From an uncultured Bacteroidales bacterium (GTDB lineage: Bacteria; Bacteroidota; Bacteroidia; Bacteroidales; Bacteroidaceae): a stretch of 64,000 nt of DNA. This document shows, one piece after another, positions 37,225 to 44,542 of this stretch. Both the position numbers and the translations under genes were made by a program. The stretch spans positions 23,643-87,642 of the forward strand of contig CACXKA010000005.1 in NCBI GenBank assembly GCA_902768125.1, written 5' to 3'. The notes under the pieces were generated by a model, which saw only the letters and a list, made by a program, of their open reading frames with translations, was not told the origin of the DNA and did not search any database. Every line of letters starts with the position of its first letter. The stretch's first letter is position 1.

Positions 37225-39539
37225 TTTTCTGTTTTACGATACTTTTTCGTGATTTCGTCGTAGCTGATGAATCCTCGCTTGGTCCATTGTGCCAGCTGAT
37301 CCTTGGGGCTTGGGTTCTTTTTGCCTTGCTGAATACGGATGGAGCGGCATTCCTCACGACTGAACTCATCGGGCAGCAGGTCGAGCATGTTGGCTATTCC
37401 GCCATGAGCCACCTTCTTCTCCACTTCCATGTCTTCACCAAGTGCCTCGCTGAAAAGGTTCATCTTGCACCACATGTCATAGTCGAACGACCAGCGGCAG
37501 AAGTTTTCAATCTCGGACGACCATTTCTGACCGTTCATGATATAGAGCACACAAGCCTTGCGGAAGGCAATCACTGCACCACGACGCGCCAAGATGCGAT
37601 AGCCATCATCATCGAACAATGCTGCACGTTCAACACCCAGCTTATTGAGGTCGTTAGCCATCTTCTTGGCTTGCTGACAGACGATGATTCCTTGATTCGC
37701 AGCCTCATCCAGCAGTTGCAAGTATGCCATCATCTGCTGCTCGTACTTCTCATCGTAACGCTTATAGACGGGAATCACACCATTATCTTCCGTCTCAGGG
37801 ATGGTGCAGAAGTTGAGACGTGACACGGTGCCGTCATTGACATTCTTGCGAAAGAATCGGATGGCTGTGGAAGGTGTGGTCGATGCATTCCAACACCAGC
37901 GCATAGGGGCACGGGCAGTCACGGATTGTGCGCCTACACGCTCCTGACCATACATATCCGTATCGAAGTTGCGACAGATGATGCGGCTCACCATCTCTTT
38001 CGACGAACCTCCAGCCATCTTCGACAGCATCTCCACTTCATCCATACGCGTGTAGAGACATTTGTGGCCTGCTCGTTCAGCATCTGCCAATCGCTGGGTG
38101 AAGGCGGCGTTGGTCATGTCTGAATCGTTCACTTGGATGCAGATGTCTGTAGGGCGAACCACACCTTTCTTGTTGGCAGACTTGCTGTTTTGCCCGTCCT
38201 TCCATTCCTGCTCCTGCTCTCTGCAAAGCTTGTCACGGGCAATAATGTCCTTCAGGCAGATGTCAATGGGCTTCTTGATGCACGACTTACCTGTTGACAT
38301 GGGCGCCACCAGCACGTTCATCATTGTCGCCTCCATCTCCGAATTGTCTGCATACTCCAGTTTCACTCCTCCCATACGAGTTGCCCAAGCAGGGAAGATG
38401 GCGTGTGCCATAGCAGGGCGGCAATGTTCTGGCACCTTCGAGATGGCGATGCGGATGGGAGTGGGCAAACGGCGTGGCATCTGCGGTTCCCTCATCAGTG
38501 CCTCACGGCTCTTTCCCTGCTCCATGTTCAGACGGCGACGGCAGAGGTCAAGGGTCAGTTTCATTTTCTGGCTCATGGCAGCCGACTGCTTGCGCTTGCA
38601 GGCACTCCGAATGGTTTCCGTCACTCGCTCATGACTCTCACCATAGTCGGGCAGGATGCTGCGAATCCACTGAGGGTCGTCGTTGCAGATGTGGCGCAGA
38701 TGGCAACTCATCAAGAAGATGAAGTCATTCCTGTTGCCATGCTCAGGTGCACCTCCCAACTGGTCAGCCAGTTCCTCCACAATCATCGTATAGGGGATGC
38801 CACGATACTCAGTAGAATAAATACCCTCGGTGTCATCGCTGTCATCGTCATCGCTGTCATCGGTTGCGGGTTGAGATTTCGGCTGAGTTTTCAGCTCGCG
38901 TCCATCAATGTCAAGCCCACGGTCGGTGTAAGCCTTGCGACGCATTGCCACTTCTTCGTCAGAGAGCCGCTTTTGCCAATCCTCGCTCGTATAGAGCTGA
39001 GAGGCAGCATCCGTGATGTAGATCATGCGTTCGGGCGAGCAGCAGTCAAGGTCGAAGTCCACATCCAATGCCTCCGTGTAGGCTTTCTGAGCCTCTACGA
39101 TGGTCATGCCTACGGGGATGCGGATGTCCAAGTGCAGCTTCTTGCTGGCAGAATACTCCACATGGAGCAACATACCCTTCCAAAGCCCTTCCTCCTTGTT
39201 AAGAAGGTACGCACGTGAAAGGGCTGGTGCCACCTGCTTCTCATCGTCGATATCCACACAGGTCTGAAACGTGAACTCCTCAGGCAGAATGGCATCTTGC
39301 GCACGATGGTTATCTGCGAAACGGAAGTAATGCGGACAGCGGAAGGGCAGCATACCCTTCAATCGACGACGCTCATCTTTATCCTCCGTCGCACGAATCT
39401 GGTGAATCAAACTTGTCACCTCGTCGGACTTGGTGACGTTAACAAACTCCTCGAGCGTGTGCTCGAACACTTGCCCCTTGGGGGCGCGAACCTTGGGGTT
39501 CATTGCAATCATCTTGCAGTTCAAATTTTCTTTTGTCAT
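37200..39539 (-). CDS. putative replication protein: VirE-N/BT4734-like primase-type N-domain fused to a P-loop NTPase (DUF3987-like)
   Basis: 779 aa. The N-terminal pattern is RRLKGMLPFRCPHYFRFADNHRAQDAI...FQTCVDIDD. An acidic linker (DDSDDDDSDD) follows. Walker A is VLVAPMSTGKS and the Walker-B-like motif is CLYTRMDEVE. The family assignment is from memory, not from a search. Confidence 0.6.
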   Translation of the reverse strand: MTKENLNCKMIAMNPKVRAPKGQVFEHTLEEFVNVTKSDEVTSLIHQIRATEDKDERRRLKGMLPFRCPHYFRFADNHRAQDAILPEEFTFQTCVDIDDEKQVAPALSRAYLLNKEEGLWKGMLLHVEYSASKKLHLDIRIPVGMTIVEAQKAYTEALDVDFDLDCCSPERMIYITDAASQLYTSEDWQKRLSDEEVAMRRKAYTDRGLDIDGRELKTQPKSQPATDDSDDDDSDDTEGIYSTEYRGIPYTMIVEELADQLGGAPEHGNRNDFIFLMSCHLRHICNDDPQWIRSILPDYGESHERVTETIRSACKRKQSAAMSQKMKLTLDLCRRRLNMEQGKSREALMREPQMPRRLPTPIRIAISKVPEHCRPAMAHAIFPAWATRMGGVKLEYADNSEMEATMMNVLVAPMSTGKSCIKKPIDICLKDIIARDKLCREQEQEWKDGQNSKSANKKGVVRPTDICIQVNDSDMTNAAFTQRLADAERAGHKCLYTRMDEVEMLSKMAGGSSKEMVSRIICRNFDTDMYGQERVGAQSVTARAPMRWCWNASTTPSTAIRFFRKNVNDGTVSRLNFCTIPETEDNGVIPVYKRYDEKYEQQMMAYLQLLDEAANQGIIVCQQAKKMANDLNKLGVERAALFDDDGYRILARRGAVIAFRKACVLYIMNGQKWSSEIENFCRWSFDYDMWCKMNLFSEALGEDMEVEKKVAHGGIANMLDLLPDEFSREECRSIRIQQGKKNPSPKDQLAQWTKRGFISYDEITKKYRKTEKYLSSHAA
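38814..38862 (+). repeat. degenerate third copy of the 48-nt boundary repeat, inside the 779-aa CDS
   Basis: GAATAAATACCCTCGGTGTCATCGCTGTCATCGTCATCGCTGTCATCGG is about 42/48 identical to the boundary repeats. It encodes DDSDDDDSDDTEGIYS on the minus strand. Confidence 0.85.
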
Positions 39540-39579
39540 ACACTTAAAATTTTGAAGTTAAACAATCAAATTATCACTG

Positions 39580-39587
39580 CAAAGTTA
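39580..39587 (-). promoter_or_regulatory. -7 promoter box TAACTTTG for the 779-aa gene
   Basis: It is the reverse complement of CAAAGTTA within CACTGCAAAGTTATATA, 40 nt upstream of the ATG at 39539. Confidence 0.55.
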
Positions 39588-39652
39588 TATATAAATGTAT
39601 GCGGTTCAAAGTATTTCAGCCCTTAAAGCCACTTCAAAAAGGCTTTTTGAGA

Positions 39653-39694
39653 AGTCGGAAAAAACTTGGAAAAATGTCGGAAAATGTCGGAAAA
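39653..39694. repeat. iteron-like array: four (T/A)GTCGGAAAA / CTTGGAAAAA units at 10-12 bp spacing
   Basis: AGTCGGAAAAAA starts at 39653, CTTGGAAAAA at 39665, and TGTCGGAAAA at 39675 and 39685 (an exact tandem). The array lies just upstream of the 779-aa gene promoter. Confidence 0.75.
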
Positions 39695-39731
39695 GAGTTG
39701 GAGGTTTGTTGGGGAAATTTGCTCTAGAGAG

Positions 39732-40391
39732 TCAGTTGAAAAGCCACATGTAGGCAGCTACACACATACCCACAATAGCAGCAACCATCATTACATAAGA
39801 AAGAACTCTCCCCACACGGTTGACTGGTTCTGGCTGGTCTTGGACTTTCTTTTGGCCATAGGTAATCTGCCAATCCTGATAGAGATGTTTGATGCCCTCA
39901 AAGCTATCAGAAGAGATGAGACTGAGGTCTTCTATTTCCTCGTTGTCGGCAGCTGCCAATAATTCGTTAATTGTCTCATACCCCTCAAACACCTCGTCGA
40001 AATCTTGACTTTCCAGATAGTATAATCCGCCAACAAAGATTTCGTCTGCCTTGCCATTGTGATAGTGAATGAAGTAATCATCATCTGATTCAATGTCAAG
40101 GAATTTCAGATACACGTCTTGACCATCCAGCCACTTCTTATCAACACTATCAACTGGCACTGCTGAGGCAACAAATAGGTGTCCAGGACCATTCTCTTCT
40201 GGTTCTTCAACCTCCTTGACTTTCTTTTTCTTGATCATAGAAAGCTTGGGGTCCATCGCCAGAATCAGCATGACAACAAACAGCATGAGCAACCATTTCC
40301 GAGCATTGGCATCATCCATCTGAAGCGCAATCATTAGCACGACCACAGCAACCACAACAAAAACTAATGAAACAATCTCTATCTTTCTCAT
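39732..40391 (-). CDS. hypothetical membrane protein (two N-terminal and one C-terminal TM helix, acidic soluble middle)
   Basis: I chose the ATG at 40391 (MRKIEIVSLVFVVVAVVVLMIAL...). The longer track ORF (to 40577) would overlap the upstream gene by 180 nt and adds a Pro/Ser-rich tract. No family recognised. Confidence 0.55.
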   Translation of the reverse strand: MRKIEIVSLVFVVVAVVVLMIALQMDDANARKWLLMLFVVMLILAMDPKLSMIKKKKVKEVEEPEENGPGHLFVASAVPVDSVDKKWLDGQDVYLKFLDIESDDDYFIHYHNGKADEIFVGGLYYLESQDFDEVFEGYETINELLAAADNEEIEDLSLISSDSFEGIKHLYQDWQITYGQKKVQDQPEPVNRVGRVLSYVMMVAAIVGMCVAAYMWLFN

Positions 40392-40398
40392 AACAAAC

Positions 40399-40989
40399 TT
40401 AAAATTCCAGACGGATTTTGCGGGTGAGGACAGGTGCGAACTCGAGGGCGATTTGGTTGCAGATGGAGCGGGCAGCGGCGAGGGTGGGATTGAGGTAGGA
40501 CGTTGATGTCCAGAAGGGCCACGATTCATTTTGATCCATGAGGTAGGCGTAGTCGCCATTCTTGCGGACAGTATCACGTCCTTTGCCGGGAATCATGGAA
40601 CAGATGAGGGTGTCGAAGCGATTGACGGAGGGGTTGTAGAGGATGCCCTCGTCTTTCATCACACGCATGACATGCGCCCAAGTCCAGTTCTCCTGCTTCG
40701 AGCCGATGATGTCGTCTATCTTGCGGATAATCTCAATCAGCTGTTGCGCCTTTTCGGGGTTACGGAAACGAGGCTGGAAGTCACGAGGCATCTTGTGAGG
40801 GTCGATTTCCTGACCTTCACGCAAGCGTCGGAGCAATTGGCGTGCCTCGTCAGTACAGTTCTGCTCGTCGCCCCACCGCTCTATGAGTTCGATGTAGGGG
40901 CGTCGTTGGGCTTCTGTTGCTTTCGACTGAGCAATGCCAAGCACATACTCCACGGGTATGGGTTCAATCCCAGTCAGCGTCGTCTTCAT
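40399..40989 (-). CDS. hypothetical protein (no family recognised)
   Basis: The frame is open to 41019, with ATGs at 41019 and 40989. Either start overlaps the upstream ORF's stop (40964), by 56 or 26 nt. Confidence 0.5.
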   Translation of the reverse strand: MKTTLTGIEPIPVEYVLGIAQSKATEAQRRPYIELIERWGDEQNCTDEARQLLRRLREGQEIDPHKMPRDFQPRFRNPEKAQQLIEIIRKIDDIIGSKQENWTWAHVMRVMKDEGILYNPSVNRFDTLICSMIPGKGRDTVRKNGDYAYLMDQNESWPFWTSTSYLNPTLAAARSICNQIALEFAPVLTRKIRLEF

Positions 40990-41677
40990 GCTTGAATCCT
41001 TCAATGAGTTGGTCGGCATTCAATTGGTTGGTCACTTTCTGGAAGTCAAGGTCATCCGAATGGAAACGAACGGTGATCAGGTCTGAACAGTAAGACCTGT
41101 ACACACTCATCTGATAATTCAAATCGTGATAGATTTCCTTGCATGTACCCTCTGAATAGAAGTAGAAACCCTGATGGCGGTTGCTGCGGACACGGTAAAC
41201 GGAACCAGGCTTGCCGAAACCTTGCATGCACCACACGTCAAGTGTGGCTTCAAAGTTATAGATTGGTGTCTCTTCCTCCTTTTTCCCATCCGTTTCTTCC
41301 TTCTTCGTTGGCATGACAATCTTGCAGCCCAACAGCTTCATGCGTTCCAAGATGCATTCTGCCCCTGCTGGCTCCAGTTGCTGGCTGTCGTATTCAATCA
41401 TCTTGGCAATCCAATAGATGTTGGTGGCGTAGCATTGCTGCGTCTCAGAATAGGAACAGAGCACACGGCAGTCGTGCAGCTCAGCATAGTCAACGAGCGT
41501 GCCCGCAGGAAATTCCTCACCTTCGTCGATAACAGGGTACGAGGCACTGTCCATAATGCCTCCAGCAGCCTCCTCATCGGCGTTCCATACCATCAGCGTG
41601 GCAATATGCCTGCCGACCTTGCCCCCAGCGTAGATGACGTTGTAGGGCGCATTCAGTTTCAATAGTTTCGAGTTCAT
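40964..41677 (-). CDS. hypothetical protein (no family recognised), first gene of the cassette
   Basis: 237 aa. The ATG lies 4 nt downstream of a perfect TAACTTTG box, so the mRNA is probably leaderless. The C-terminus is acidic. Confidence 0.55.
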   Translation of the reverse strand: MNSKLLKLNAPYNVIYAGGKVGRHIATLMVWNADEEAAGGIMDSASYPVIDEGEEFPAGTLVDYAELHDCRVLCSYSETQQCYATNIYWIAKMIEYDSQQLEPAGAECILERMKLLGCKIVMPTKKEETDGKKEEETPIYNFEATLDVWCMQGFGKPGSVYRVRSNRHQGFYFYSEGTCKEIYHDLNYQMSVYRSYCSDLITVRFHSDDLDFQKVTNQLNADQLIEGFKHEDDADWD

Positions 41678-41681
41678 GGTG

Positions 41682-41689
41682 CAAAGTTA
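41682..41689 (-). promoter_or_regulatory. -7 promoter box TAACTTTG, 4 nt from the ATG at 41677 (leaderless transcript likely)
   Basis: The minus strand reads TAACTTTGCACCATG. Confidence 0.55.
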
Positions 41690-41724
41690 CGAATTAGCAG
41701 GCACAACACAAAATCTTATAGAGA

Positions 41725-41768
41725 CAAAAACGATGACGATGACACCGATGACACCGATGACACCGACC
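41725..41768 (-). repeat. inverted copy of the GTGTCATCG-unit array
   Basis: The reverse complement reads GGTCGGTGTCATCGGTGTCATCGGTGTCATCGTCATCGTTTTTG. Its units are A-A-A-B, against A-A-B-A in the boundary repeats. Confidence 0.85.
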
Positions 41769-41797
41769 TATTTTTTGTCATCGTTTCGAAAAGAAGG

Positions 41798-41863
41798 TTA
41801 TTATTATAGTTATTATTATATATGTATATTATATATCTAATAATTTAAATATAATAAATAATA
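41798..41863. other. 66-bp tract with 3 G/C (95% AT), candidate DNA-unwinding element
   Basis: The sequence is TTATTATTATAGTTATTATTATATATGTATATTATATATCTAATAATTTAAATATAATAAATAATA. It lies between the inverted array and the right direct repeat. Confidence 0.6.
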
Positions 41864-41885
41864 CCCTACACACCGCCTCACAAAA

Positions 41886-41933
41886 AAATAAATGCCCTCA
41901 GTGTCATCGGTGTCATCGTCATCGGTGTCATCG
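41886..41933 (+). repeat. 48-nt direct repeat, right copy
   Basis: The sequence is AAATAAATGCCCTCAGTGTCATCGGTGTCATCGTCATCGGTGTCATCG. It has one mismatch to 37130-37177. Confidence 0.95.
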
Positions 41934-42116
41934 TTTTTGCTGCCTCACTAGGAAAAATTTGTTACCCTTAGGGGCCGCAAAATTCCTTCGTAAGGGCTAT
42001 AAACAAACACGAAAAGAGCCGACGGGGAAACCCCAAAGAGGCGGCGGCAAAGCATGGTTTTGCCGACGGCAAAAGGCAAAAGAGCCGACGGCAAAGCAAA
42101 AATGGGGGCGGTTGAA

Positions 42117-44519
42117 TCACTGCATTGTGATTTTCTGAATCATCTGCCCTGGGTCGCCAATGATGAGGGAGAGGGTGTGGCGCTTCTTCTGGCGGTCAAT
42201 CGGGAGGGTGAGGATGAAGTCCTTGCGATTCTCAATCACCTGAAGTTTCCAGCTCCAACCCCATTCTTCGAATTTATTTTCGCAGACAATGGGGGTGCAG
42301 CTATCGACACTCACACCAAAGCGGTTGCTGCGGTCGGTGGCAATAGGCCAGAAGGGAACGGCAGAGATGCAGAGGGTGACGGAATCGGCATTGGTGGCAG
42401 CGTCGAAAGTCAGGTCGATGTGGGAAGAGGAGAGGCTGGCTGGGTTCTGCACAGGATCGAGAGGCTCACCCAGTTGGAGGGAGAGCCAGTCAGTGCCGAT
42501 ACCTTCGATGAGGTGGAAAGGACTGCTGGCTTTGACTTTGTTCAGGGGAAGCTTGTGGGCAAACTCCGTGCGCTCCTGATTTTTCGGCAGTCGGTAGGCA
42601 ATGGTGGGTGCCTTGACGAGTTCGGGCATCTGATGATATTTGGCAGTGTAGCCAGGAGGAATCTCGGAGATCATCTGGTTCCACTTGCCTGAGAGCATGG
42701 TGTTGTATTCGTGGGTCAGGGCATTGATGCTGTCGAAGGCGGCTTGTGCCTCTCGTGCCGCTTCCTCGCTGCCTGTCTCGTGGTTCTTCTGCGCCATGAG
42801 GAACTTGCGGTTCATCTGGTAGGCACCCTTGACGGCATAGCCAAGCATCTCGAAGAAAGCAGGACGATATGCCTGTGGCAACTGCTTCATGATGACATCC
42901 ACTTGGTCGCTGATGGCTTGATAATCAGCCAATCGCTGTTGGGCAGTGCCTGTCTCGAAGGAGAAATCGGAGTCGTGCAGTCGGTTGTTCTCATTGTTGT
43001 CCCACTCAAACTCATAACCCATGAATTCGGGTTTGCGCTGCCAAGCAAGGCGGTAGTAGGTGTTCAATATTGAGTTGAGGGTTGAGAGTTTAGAGTTGAG
43101 AGGGAATACTTTCGCGAGCCACTCGGCTTGGTAGCGGTTTGCCTTCTCATAGTCGAAAGCAGCAAGATCCCAAGCCATATCGAAGAAGTGCTGCATCTCC
43201 ATTTCCATAAGCTTGATGTCGCCCACATTGAGCAACCAGTAACGGTCGGCTCCAGCATCGTAGGCTTTCTTCAGCTCTTCGTACATCAGCACTGGCGAGG
43301 TGGTGGCTATCCAAAGGTTGTCGTGGGGCGTGCCCAGATAACTGAGGTGGTAATAGACACCGCTGCCTCCCTTGCGCTGCCGCTCCTGCGCATTCGACAC
43401 GCGCTTCATGTAACCATAGTTGTCGTCGGGCCACACGAGGGTGATGTCGTCAGGCACTCGAAGCCCTGCGTCGTAGATATCTAGGGTTTCCTTGTAAGGC
43501 ACGAAGATTTGAGGAATGTCGGTGGCTGGTTTCCGTTTGTGGGTTTCCAATATCTGACGCTGGTCAGCAAAAACCTGCTCCAATGTGCGTGCCCTCACGT
43601 TGTTGTCTGTGGAGCCTTTCATCGCCTCATCGTGCAAGCCACGCATACCCGTCGTGTAGATATTGTCGTATTGTGCCGTTTCACGAAGGCGGTCATCAAA
43701 CTTTTTCCAGATGGTTTCCTTGTTGGTCAGGTAGTTCCATTCACCATCCACCTCCTTGTTCCATTCGGACTCAGCCGCATTGTTGAAAAGCAATGGTTCG
43801 CAATGGCTCGTGGTGATCATAATCCCCCACTCTGCCGCCTTCACCTGACTCTCAGGATGGCTATAGAAAGCGCCCGTGCAGGAGTGCATGGCAGGAGCGA
43901 GCATATTGGCTTTGAGACGAAGCAGGAGTTCACACACTTTGTCGTAGGTTTTAGGACCAATATCTCCCAACTCCTTCTCAAAATTGCGGGCAGCCCAAGT
44001 CTGCAAGCCCCAATCCTCATCGTTGATGAAGATGCCACGATACCTGATGGTAGGCGATTTTGAGGTATAGTTTTCCTTGTAATCGAGAGTGGTCTTCTGC
44101 TGCACTGGCACATCGGCAAACCAATACCAGGGACTCACGCCGATGCGTTCGCTGATATGAAAGGCACCATAAGCCACACCACGAGGGTCACTGCCAATGA
44201 CATACAACCTCTGCCCTTTCGTCACAATCTTATAGCGCTCCCATGCCCCTTGCAGTTCATCAGCAGCGACCTCTGGACAAATCTTCTTAGCCTCATCCAG
44301 CGTGGCAAGAATGACCAAAGGGGTGTTGTCTGAAGGAGTTGTCTGAAGGACAGAAGGACGAACCGACGTAACCCGTTCAATATCCTCACTCAACACATGG
44401 GCTATCTTCTTCACCAATGCTGCATCGTGGTCAGACACAACCATGCGACAACGCTTCAAATCGACAGCATGGGCACACAAGCACACACCTGCGAACAAAA
44501 GCAACAGAAGTCTTCTCAT
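42117..44519 (-). CDS. GH115 family glycoside hydrolase, paralog 2
   Basis: 800 aa with a signal peptide. It carries GVSPWYWFADVPV, RYRGIFINDEDWGLQTW and ELLLRLKANMLAPAMH. Confidence 0.75.
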   Translation of the reverse strand: MRRLLLLLFAGVCLCAHAVDLKRCRMVVSDHDAALVKKIAHVLSEDIERVTSVRPSVLQTTPSDNTPLVILATLDEAKKICPEVAADELQGAWERYKIVTKGQRLYVIGSDPRGVAYGAFHISERIGVSPWYWFADVPVQQKTTLDYKENYTSKSPTIRYRGIFINDEDWGLQTWAARNFEKELGDIGPKTYDKVCELLLRLKANMLAPAMHSCTGAFYSHPESQVKAAEWGIMITTSHCEPLLFNNAAESEWNKEVDGEWNYLTNKETIWKKFDDRLRETAQYDNIYTTGMRGLHDEAMKGSTDNNVRARTLEQVFADQRQILETHKRKPATDIPQIFVPYKETLDIYDAGLRVPDDITLVWPDDNYGYMKRVSNAQERQRKGGSGVYYHLSYLGTPHDNLWIATTSPVLMYEELKKAYDAGADRYWLLNVGDIKLMEMEMQHFFDMAWDLAAFDYEKANRYQAEWLAKVFPLNSKLSTLNSILNTYYRLAWQRKPEFMGYEFEWDNNENNRLHDSDFSFETGTAQQRLADYQAISDQVDVIMKQLPQAYRPAFFEMLGYAVKGAYQMNRKFLMAQKNHETGSEEAAREAQAAFDSINALTHEYNTMLSGKWNQMISEIPPGYTAKYHQMPELVKAPTIAYRLPKNQERTEFAHKLPLNKVKASSPFHLIEGIGTDWLSLQLGEPLDPVQNPASLSSSHIDLTFDAATNADSVTLCISAVPFWPIATDRSNRFGVSVDSCTPIVCENKFEEWGWSWKLQVIENRKDFILTLPIDRQKKRHTLSLIIGDPGQMIQKITMQ
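43069..43103. repeat. 7-nt tandem array (GAGTTGA-type units) inside the GH115 paralog 2 CDS
   Basis: The array reads ATTGAGTTGA GGGTTGA GAGTTTA GAGTTGA GAGG. It encodes NSKLSTLNSIL on the minus strand. Confidence 0.85.
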
Positions 44520-44542
44520 TTCTTTACAAGTTTTATACTCCC

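Larger units (their letters stand above)
37130..41933 (-). mobile_element. candidate integrated mini-replicon/island: four-gene cassette bounded by 48-nt direct repeats
   Basis: Direct repeats at 37130-37177 and 41886-41933 are 47/48 identical. The content is a primase-like/P-loop protein and three unassigned ORFs, unrelated to the flanking CAZyme genes. It also has iteron-like arrays and a 95% AT tract. No recombinase gene is present. Confidence 0.5.

Noticed and set aside
37130-41933. CRISPR array or prophage interpretation of the GTGTCATCG repeats and the island
   Set aside because: The repeat units are 6-9 nt and directly abutting, with no 25-40-nt spacers and no cas genes, so this is not a CRISPR array. 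There are no capsid, portal, terminase, tail or lysis genes and no integrase, so this is not a recognisable prophage.
41725-41933. Invertible promoter (phase-variation inverton) between the inverted GTGTCATCG arrays
   Set aside because: The inverted arrays have permuted unit order, so they are not clean recombinase half-sites. I found no TAnnTTTG promoter box inside the flanked segment. No site-specific recombinase gene is nearby. I kept it only as a minor alternative within the origin-like finding.
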